Origin: an uncultured Smithella sp.
Lineage (GTDB): Bacteria > Desulfobacterota > Syntrophia > Syntrophales > Smithellaceae
Assembly: GCA_964469905.1 (NCBI GenBank)
Contig: CAYXZW010000005.1
Span: 36,330 to 100,329, forward strand
Direction: 5' to 3'
DNA: 64,000 nt
Positions 57,490-64,000 of this stretch are shown piece after piece; position 1 is the first letter of the stretch, and each line of letters begins with the position of its first letter. Below the pieces are notes generated by a model, which saw only the letters and a program-made list of their open reading frames with translations, did no database searches and was not told where the DNA came from. Made by a program: the position numbers and the translations under genes.

Positions 57490-57538
57490 GACACATCTCC
57501 TTGTTATATTTTATTGCTGATCAGTTACCCTGCTAATT

Positions 57539-57554
57539 AGCAATGCTCATGCCA
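57539..57554 (-). promoter_or_regulatory. Sigma54 promoter TGGCAT-N5-TTGCT
   Basis: The minus strand reads TGGCATGAGCATTGCT (GG-N10-GC spacing exact). It lies 50-65 nt upstream of the Spy/ZraP-like ATG. Confidence 0.75.
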
Positions 57555-57777
57555 TCATAGACAAGCAATTGTAATTACACGAATAGTTACGAACAGCAGC
57601 AATATTATCTGTGTTTTGTGTGCATTTCATGGGTAATATATATCCACTTGAAGTATCCAGATGGATAGTATCTATACATGTAAGAATCAATAAAGTGCAG
57701 CACGGCAGGAAGGCACATACTATAATAAAGATATAATCAATTAATTACAATGGTTACATTTTTTTCTCGGTTGGAAA

Positions 57778-57798
57778 CGTGCCGACAATCTCGGCACG
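57778..57798 (-). terminator. Hairpin CGTGCCGA-caatc-TCGGCACG downstream of the acr3 operon
   Basis: An 8-bp perfect stem 70 nt after the stop at 57868. Only TTT follows it on the minus strand, so it is weak as an intrinsic terminator. Confidence 0.35.
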
Positions 57799-57867
57799 AT
57801 CATAATGTAGATAGATGGTGATGATGATCTTCTTTTAATCCAACTATTCGACCTATCTGGCGATCAG

Positions 57868-58908
57868 TTATTTTTTAACCTTCACCATCTGCGCCTTTAA
57901 CTTTATTAACCCCTCCCATATTTCGTCGTCCCCGACATACTTTTTAATGTCAGTGGCGGAATACCTGATTACACAGGTAGGCGTGGCATCAACCTTGTGC
58001 TCTTTGATAACAGCGCTCAAAAGCGGGAAAATTGATTTCTCGTCTCTGACTTTCCATGAAATTCTTTGCTCTTTCAGATAACTGACAAGGGATTCCTCCG
58101 TCTGAATACGCTTGATCTGCGCCGCGTCAAAAAGTATTTTTCGTACATGAAGCACATTGTTGACGCCGGGATCGGCATTTACAGCATATAGGTAATACTT
58201 GGCGTAAATCGGTGTGGCTTTGGAAAAAGGCACATCAACGAATGTAATTTTCACTTGACCTTTAACTAGTAATTCTTTCAACAATGGTTCTGCTTTTATA
58301 TCTATCCTGCGGCACGGCGGACAGAAATAATCGGCAAACATGATAACCTCATAAGGTCCTTTGCCCAGTGACGGAATTCCCCGGATAGAATCCTGACCGT
58401 AGGCGGGAGTGACCGAACCGGTAAATGTAAATACGATTGTCAAATATCCCAGTAAGCTGAAAAACAACAACGGCAATTTATTTAATTTAAACATCGGAAA
58501 ACTTACCTCCCCTAAAAAATATAGCCACATCCGGTGGCGATTTTCGCGCCAGGCGGATGGAACTTCGTAATTGATAATAAATGATGCGATGAGTATCACA
58601 GAAAACGCCAGACAGAAAGGACAATAGACATTGTTTTGCACCTGAAAGGCGTATAAATGGACTTCCACGCCGAGGCCAGCAGCCAGCAACGCCCGCACAA
58701 AAGGCGTTTGTTTAAATACCGCAAAAACAATAATGGCGATCATATAGGCGATGCCGACCCACTTGAGATCAATGGCAAAAATATCTCCTTTGAGATAACT
58801 GCATGTCGTATCGCAGTAATCGTAATAAGCCATGATCCCGATGCCGATAAATGCCAGCACAATGGTGGCGATGTTGCGATACTCTTTAATGCCTTCCGTT
58901 AATTTCAT
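57868..58908 (-). CDS. VKOR-like membrane domain fused to a DsbA/thioredoxin-like periplasmic domain
   Basis: 346 aa. It has loop cysteines YCDTTC, an in-membrane CPFC, then a soluble domain with FADYFCPPCRR. Confidence 0.6.
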   Translation of the reverse strand: MKLTEGIKEYRNIATIVLAFIGIGIMAYYDYCDTTCSYLKGDIFAIDLKWVGIAYMIAIIVFAVFKQTPFVRALLAAGLGVEVHLYAFQVQNNVYCPFCLAFSVILIASFIINYEVPSAWRENRHRMWLYFLGEVSFPMFKLNKLPLLFFSLLGYLTIVFTFTGSVTPAYGQDSIRGIPSLGKGPYEVIMFADYFCPPCRRIDIKAEPLLKELLVKGQVKITFVDVPFSKATPIYAKYYLYAVNADPGVNNVLHVRKILFDAAQIKRIQTEESLVSYLKEQRISWKVRDEKSIFPLLSAVIKEHKVDATPTCVIRYSATDIKKYVGDDEIWEGLIKLKAQMVKVKK

Positions 58909-58933
58909 CCTGTCTTCCCTCCTTCAAAATGAA

Positions 58934-59980
58934 TTAGCGCTGGAAGTATTTCTCTTTGAATTTCAAGGCCACGGTGACCAGACCGATCATCACCGGCACC
59001 TCCACCAGAGGACCGATCACCGCTGCAAAGGCAGCGCCGGAATTAATGCCGAAAACGGCAATCGCCACGGCAATCGCCAACTCAAAATTGTTGCTTGCCG
59101 CCGTGAATGCCAGAGTGGTTGTTTTAGAATAATCAGCTTCCAGCTTTTTGCCCATATAAAACGACACCAGAAACATGACCACAAAATAGATCAGCAACGG
59201 GATGGCGATTCGGACAACATCGACCGGCAGTGTAACGATTAAATTGCCCTTCAGACTGAACATCACAACAATCGTAAACAAAAGAGCTATCAGAGTGAGC
59301 GGACTGATCAGCGGCACAAAGCGTGAATGATACAACTCTTTTCCCATGAGCTTTACGCCGATCAACCGGGTCAAAGCCCCGGCAATACAGGGAATGCCCA
59401 GATAGATGAAGACACTTTCGGCAATCTGGCGTATGCTGACATTCACGACGCTGCCGGTAAATCCAAAATAGGGCGGGAGCACTGTGATAAAAAACCAGGC
59501 GAACACGCTGTAAAAAAGTACCTGAAAAATACTATTAAAAGCAACGAGACCGGCGGCATATTCCGTGTTACCTTTCGCCAGTTCATTCCAGACAATAACC
59601 ATGGCTATACAGCGCGCCAGTCCAATCATGATCAGGCCCACCATGTATTCAGGCTTATCCGGTAAAAACACAATCGCCAGGACAAACATTAAAACCGGCC
59701 CGATCAGCCAGTTCTGCACCAGCGACAGCCCAAGGATTTTTCCGTTGCGGAAAACCCGGGGCAAATCCTCATATTTCACTTTGGCAAAAGGCGGATACAT
59801 CATCAAAACAAGCCCCACAGCAATGGGGATATTAGTTGTGCCCACCTGGAACGAATTAATGAAGGCTTCAACACCAGGGATGAAATAACCAAGTCCTACG
59901 CCCAGAATCATAGCCGCAAAAATCCACAGTGTCAGAAAACGATCTAAAGATGACAACCGACTGGCAACATGTTCCGCCAT
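58934..59980 (-). CDS. acr3: Arsenite efflux permease ACR3 family
   Basis: 348 aa, 10-TM, starting [13 protein letters not shown] and containing the GLARCIAMV motif of ACR3/BART transporters. Confidence 0.88.
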   Translation of the reverse strand: MAEHVASRLSSLDRFLTLWIFAAMILGVGLGYFIPGVEAFINSFQVGTTNIPIAVGLVLMMYPPFAKVKYEDLPRVFRNGKILGLSLVQNWLIGPVLMFVLAIVFLPDKPEYMVGLIMIGLARCIAMVIVWNELAKGNTEYAAGLVAFNSIFQVLFYSVFAWFFITVLPPYFGFTGSVVNVSIRQIAESVFIYLGIPCIAGALTRLIGVKLMGKELYHSRFVPLISPLTLIALLFTIVVMFSLKGNLIVTLPVDVVRIAIPLLIYFVVMFLVSFYMGKKLEADYSKTTTLAFTAASNNFELAIAVAIAVFGINSGAAFAAVIGPLVEVPVMIGLVTVALKFKEKYFQR

Positions 59981-59990
59981 AAATTCCCCC

Positions 59991-60701
59991 TCAATTAATA
60001 AAATTCAGCACAATTAAATAAACGCCACCTAATATCACCAGAACGCCGCATATCTTTTTCAGGATAACCGCACCTTTTGATTTTTCCGTCCAATGCAGAT
60101 AGTGCTGCACGACTTCCGTAAAAGTACCGGCAAAAACAAGAACCGCGCAGTGCCCGATGCCGTAAGCCAGGAGCAGGGAAAGCGCAAAAACAATTTGAGT
60201 CGATGCCATACTGAATACAACACCCAGCATCGTGGCCATGTAAGCAAACGTACAAGGGCCCAAGGCAATGCCGAATATTAGACCCAGAACGAAAGCCGCC
60301 AGCATGCCCTTTCTTTTATAGTTCGGATTCGCACCGCCTTCCATAAAAGGCAGCGGCAATATTCCCATTAAATTGAAGCCGACAGCAAAGAAAACTATTG
60401 CCACAAAGTAGCTGCCATAGCCACCGATATCGCCGATCATTCGCCCCATCAGTCCGGTAATAAGTCCGATGACGCCGATCGTAATCAGAATGCCTAATCC
60501 AAAAAGAGATGATAGTCCAAAGGCACGCGAAGTGCTGATGTTGCCCTGGCCATCAATAAAACCGACAATGAGGGGAATACACGCAATGTGGCAAGGCGAC
60601 AGAATAACCGACAGCACCCCCCAGACAAACGCCGCCCCAATGGCGATTTCGGGTGATTGGGTCAGCGCCCCCGAAAGCCAGGTGAATAGCTCTACGATCA
60701 T
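59991..60701 (-). CDS. ccdA: CcdA/DsbD-family thiol-disulfide electron transporter
   Basis: 236 aa, 6-TM, with the conserved [11 protein letters not shown] and ALGPCTF Cys motifs. Confidence 0.8.
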   Translation of the reverse strand: MIVELFTWLSGALTQSPEIAIGAAFVWGVLSVILSPCHIACIPLIVGFIDGQGNISTSRAFGLSSLFGLGILITIGVIGLITGLMGRMIGDIGGYGSYFVAIVFFAVGFNLMGILPLPFMEGGANPNYKRKGMLAAFVLGLIFGIALGPCTFAYMATMLGVVFSMASTQIVFALSLLLAYGIGHCAVLVFAGTFTEVVQHYLHWTEKSKGAVILKKICGVLVILGGVYLIVLNFIN

Positions 60702-61145
60702 TTACTTGACCCCCTGCATTTTCAGAACCTTGATGAGATCCTCCTTCGGAAAGTATCCTTCATGCCGGAAATATTCCTTGCCGTCTTTATCCAGAAAGAC
60801 CTGCGTGGGAATCACACGAATATTATATTTCTCAGCGTCTATCCTCCCTTGATTCGTCCAGACATCGTGAAAAAGAACAATTACCTGTCCCTTGTATGTT
60901 TCTGCCACTTCTTTCATAATGGGTTGCATGGCTTTGCAGGGAATGCACCTGGCGGCGCCGATTTCCACGAAAGTAACTAAAGGCGGACCGGACTTTTCCG
61001 TTTTTCCTGCCGCTGCTTTTGTTACCGATGGTTTGCCGGCAGTGCTTTGGGCAGCTACATAACGGCAGTCAACCGAAAGTGAAAGAAAAGCAAAGGCAGT
61101 TAAAACTGATAAAGTTACTATAAACAGTTTTGAACACAGTTTCAT
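60702..61145 (-). CDS. Periplasmic thioredoxin-family protein
   Basis: 147 aa with a signal peptide and a CIPC active site. Its stop abuts the ccdA start. Confidence 0.8.
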   Translation of the reverse strand: MKLCSKLFIVTLSVLTAFAFLSLSVDCRYVAAQSTAGKPSVTKAAAGKTEKSGPPLVTFVEIGAARCIPCKAMQPIMKEVAETYKGQVIVLFHDVWTNQGRIDAEKYNIRVIPTQVFLDKDGKEYFRHEGYFPKEDLIKVLKMQGVK

Positions 61146-61220
61146 GTTTAATCAACTCCAAAACATTGAAGTCTAAGGGCAGCATATTTTATATATCCCT
61201 CAGCGAGTATGCATTGATTC

Positions 61221-61634
61221 TCAGCATTTGCCGCCGCAGGAACATCCGCCGGTTACCACCGGAGCGGTTGATAAATTACCCCCGGCGCCTTTAATTTTTT
61301 CACATATGCGGGCGACTATTTCATCTGAAACGGGGCTTTCTCCCTTAACGAGTCCCAGTTCTGTCAAAACATAAGATGTCGGATCAACTTCTATTCGTTC
61401 GAGCGTCTTTTTCGCACAGGCCTTTTTGCAGCCGTCAATAGTAATGTTTTCAGCCGTACCTTTAGCCGATTGCAAATAACTGGACAATCCCGCGGCAATA
61501 CCGGCAAGACATGTCATTTTAGCAAATCCCTCGGCGCGCAACTTTCGTGCTACTCTATCGGCAATCTCACCCACATCAGCCGCACCGGAACACGCATAAA
61601 TTAATTTAGTTCCATCACCACCAAATCCAGCCAT
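61221..61634 (-). CDS. DGC-domain putative zinc-binding protein
   Basis: 137 aa with YACSGAADVG, a literal ...ITIDGCKKACA... DGC motif, and a Cys-rich C-terminus GGCSCGGKC. Confidence 0.7.
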   Translation of the reverse strand: MAGFGGDGTKLIYACSGAADVGEIADRVARKLRAEGFAKMTCLAGIAAGLSSYLQSAKGTAENITIDGCKKACAKKTLERIEVDPTSYVLTELGLVKGESPVSDEIVARICEKIKGAGGNLSTAPVVTGGCSCGGKC

Positions 61635-61660
61635 GATATCTCTCCTTTTTTTGACAAAAA

Positions 61661-62710
61661 TTAATAGATTAAATTAAACAGAAACCCCACAATCATAATG
61701 CCAGTAGCAACAATGCTGATAAATATTATAATGAGCGGCAGCTTGATAACTTTCTTCAAGATGATCATTTCGGGAAGAGATAGCCCGATTACTGACATCA
61801 TGAAGGCCAGTGCAGTGCCCAGAGATGCCCCCTTTTCGAGCAGCGCCTGGAGAATCGGGATAATACCCGCCGCATTGGAATAAAGCGGAACTCCGATAAG
61901 AACAGCCAGGGGAACCGACCACCACGCCTCTTTACCCATAATTGAGGCCATGAAGTTTTCCGGCACATACCCGTGAACGGCAGCACCCACGGCAATGCCG
62001 GCCACAATGTAAATCCAGACCTTGGAAACTATATCGACTACGGCAGTATGACCTGCCTGAATTCTATCATTAAACGTTACTTTTCTTTCTTCGATTTGAA
62101 AATCACCGGCCTTGATTTCATAAACCCATTCTTCGACAAAGCGCTCTACTTTGAGCTTGCCGATCACCCAGCCGGAAACGATAGCGATAAGCAATCCGGT
62201 GAAAGCATAAAGCAGGGCAGTCTTCCAGCCGAAAAGGCCAAAGAGCAGGACCAGTGCTACTTCATTAATCATGGGTGCGGACACCAGAAAGGAAAATGTC
62301 ACACCTAGCGGAATACCGCTTTCCACAAAACCGATAAAAAGAGGAATTGCCGAACAAGTACAGAAGGGAGTTAAGATACCTAACGAGGCAGCCATGACGT
62401 TGCCAGCAAACAATGGTTTTCCTTCCAGTGCCTTTCTTGTTTTTTCCGGTGAGAAATAGGACCGGATGATACCGACAACAAAAACAATAACAGTTAGAAG
62501 GATAAACACTTTGGGGGTGTCATAGAGAAAAAATCGAATCGCTTCCGTCAAATGAGCGGATCTATCCAGTTTAAGTATTTCATAAACAAGAAAATCAACT
62601 CCCTGCTCTAAAAAAAAATAGAGCAGAACTGCCAGAGGAATCAGTAAAAAAGGAATATAATTACCAATATTTTTATTGTTATTATTATCTGTCGCGCAGC
62701 ATTCAGCCAT
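61661..62710 (-). CDS. ArsP-type predicted permease (PF03773-like)
   Basis: The track start is 62752, but ATG 62710 (MAECCATD...) follows GAGGAG and avoids overlap with the upstream gene. It has the TPFCTCSAIPLF motif. Confidence 0.75.
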   Translation of the reverse strand: MAECCATDNNNNKNIGNYIPFLLIPLAVLLYFFLEQGVDFLVYEILKLDRSAHLTEAIRFFLYDTPKVFILLTVIVFVVGIIRSYFSPEKTRKALEGKPLFAGNVMAASLGILTPFCTCSAIPLFIGFVESGIPLGVTFSFLVSAPMINEVALVLLFGLFGWKTALLYAFTGLLIAIVSGWVIGKLKVERFVEEWVYEIKAGDFQIEERKVTFNDRIQAGHTAVVDIVSKVWIYIVAGIAVGAAVHGYVPENFMASIMGKEAWWSVPLAVLIGVPLYSNAAGIIPILQALLEKGASLGTALAFMMSVIGLSLPEMIILKKVIKLPLIIIFISIVATGIMIVGFLFNLIY

Positions 62711-62739
62711 TTCTATTACTCCTCTTTTATTACAACAAC

Positions 62740-62976
62740 CTATTTGCCGCAAATCATTTGTTTAATGTCGGACAGCGAGGGAAGCTTACCGGCAGCTTTA
62801 ACTGCGCCGTCAATCACTAGCGCGGGAGTTGTCATTACACCATATGTCATAATTTTCTTTATGTCTTTAACATGATCAATCTGGGCTTCAATGCCCATCT
62901 CGCTAACAGCAAGACGAACCGTATCTTCAAGTTTGTTACAGGTTGCGCAACCCATCCCTAATATTTCTATTTTCAT
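62740..62976 (-). CDS. Thioredoxin-fold 'redox-active disulfide protein 2'
   Basis: 78 aa starting MKIEILGMGCATCNKL (CxxC). Confidence 0.8.
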   Translation of the reverse strand: MKIEILGMGCATCNKLEDTVRLAVSEMGIEAQIDHVKDIKKIMTYGVMTTPALVIDGAVKAAGKLPSLSDIKQMICGK

Positions 62977-62989
62977 GTTTGACCTCCTT

Positions 62990-63322
62990 TTATTTCTTGC
63001 AGCACTTCAATATATGAGCATGTTCTTTGGCATTAGCCGACAATACGTCTTCCACGCAGCCAATAAACTGCATAATGCACGGAACCCGCAGACGATAAAA
63101 AATGGCATTGCCTCTTTTCTCCATCATGACCAGCCCGGCATTCTTTAAAACACTTAAATGCTTGGAAACGGTAGAAGCATCGGAACCAATCATTGCCGTA
63201 AGATCATTGACGCATTGTTCACCTTTGTTGAGTTCCTCAATAATAAAAAGCCGACTGGGGTGAGCCATTGCTTTAATTATTTTAGCCCGCGCTTCATGTT
63301 GAGTACTTACCCTGCTTGCCAT
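62990..63322 (-). CDS. arsR: ArsR/SmtB-family metalloregulator
   Basis: 110 aa with a wHTH (AMAHPSRLFIIEELNKGEQCVNDL). It lacks the classic CVC site but has C-terminal Cys residues (…GCVED…KCCKK). Confidence 0.85.
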   Translation of the reverse strand: MASRVSTQHEARAKIIKAMAHPSRLFIIEELNKGEQCVNDLTAMIGSDASTVSKHLSVLKNAGLVMMEKRGNAIFYRLRVPCIMQFIGCVEDVLSANAKEHAHILKCCKK

Positions 63323-63342
63323 TTTTTACTTCCCTCCTTAAT

Positions 63343-63364
63343 CTATTTGGTCAAATAGCCAAAT
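63343..63364. promoter_or_regulatory. Candidate ArsR operator: CTATTTG-gt-CAAATAG overlapping ATTTGG-N8-CCAAAT
   Basis: It lies 21-42 nt upstream of the arsR ATG and overlaps a putative -10 (TATTTG), 17 nt after TTGACA (63380-63375, minus strand). Confidence 0.4.
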
Positions 63365-63669
63365 TACCAGACGTTGTCAAGAAATATTTTATCAAAAAGA
63401 TTGCTTGTGGAAATCAACCGGAGTGTTTTTCATGTTGCCGATTTTTTCAAATCCATATCAACTTTCAGGCCGGCATTTTTCCTCCGGAAGTCAGCATAAT
63501 TGAGAATTCAAGCGGCAAGTTGCAGCATTACAGGAAGCCAAACTGCTCAAAAGACAAGGGATAACGCCAGCAGATAAAATGTCTATTTGAGCCAAGAAAA
63601 TACTTGACCCAACCCCCTTTTGTCCTTATTGTTCAATATCTTCAATATCAAACGGAGGCATATCATCGA

Positions 63670-64000
63670 ATGCAAATGCCGAAATCACACACAGTTCTTT
63701 TTTTTACAATAATGCTGATAGTTACCGTTGCATTTTTTTACATTATGCAACCGTTCATCTATGCTGTTTTCTGGGCGATTATCATGGCGGGCCTCTTTAT
63801 GCCCGTGTATAAAAAAATTGAGGAGAAGCTGCATAGGCCCACTCTGAGTGCAACGATAGTTCTCATAACGATTTGCCTCATTTTCATCCTTCCCTTTGTT
63901 TTCATCTTAAGCCTGCTGCTTAAGGAATCCATGGATATCTACCAAGCTCTATCGGATGAAAACAGCCAGATCAATGCCTCTGTCCGGAAATTAGTGGAAC
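63670..64000 (+). CDS. AI-2E (PerM/YhhT) family transporter, N-terminal part (runs off the window)
   Basis: Not in the track because it is open-ended. It reads MQMPKSHTVLFFTIMLIVTVAFFYIMQPFIYAVFWAIIMAGLFMPVYKKI..., and a GGAGG RBS lies 11 nt upstream. Confidence 0.7.
   Translation, partial: MQMPKSHTVLFFTIMLIVTVAFFYIMQPFIYAVFWAIIMAGLFMPVYKKIEEKLHRPTLSATIVLITICLIFILPFVFILSLLLKESMDIYQALSDENSQINASVRKLVE

Overview
This 64-kb chromosomal segment is about 88% coding and was read by eye only; no searches were run. Gene content and signals suggest an anaerobic Desulfobacterota (deltaproteobacterium-like) genome. Those signals are a NikR-type operator, a sigma54 promoter, selenium-utilisation genes, an in-frame-TGA oxidoreductase and dense REP-like hairpins. 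The taxonomic placement is inference, not verified.

The backbone is housekeeping:
- Translation and biosynthesis: rplU-rpmA, obg, proB, hpt, purU, uppP, cobO, ppnP and msrB.
- Chaperones: groES-groEL.
- DNA repair: uvrB, uvrC, radA, ogt and an SF2 helicase.

Functional clusters:
- A NikR-linked nik(MN)QO ECF importer headed by an outer-membrane barrel gene.
- A TPR/beta-barrel outer-membrane protein followed by a 1036-aa FecR-domain low-complexity secreted protein.
- A yedE/tusA-like/cysteine-desulfurase/DUF3343 selenium-type cluster.
- An ABC/FtsX/LolA-like/barrel cluster.
- A sigma54-driven Spy/ZraP-like gene.
- An ArsR-controlled acr3 operon packed with thiol-disulfide proteins.

AT-rich insertions:
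- A KAP-family P-loop NTPase island between uvrB and the helicase.
- An MNT plus truncated-HEPN remnant.
- An orphan-gene islet after nikO.

No rRNA, tRNA, CRISPR array or transposase was seen.

Most notable observations:
1. A DsbA/FrnE-like gene has a TGA exactly at the first Cys of its CxxC motif. It is a probable selenoprotein, and the ORF track truncates it.
2. A structured intergenic repeat family has five copies in this window, with a compensatory stem change in one copy.
3. The KAP NTPase island.
4. The TPR-barrel plus FecR giant protein pair.
5. Shared NikR-type boxes at two promoters, and a non-CIRCE palindrome on the groESL promoter.
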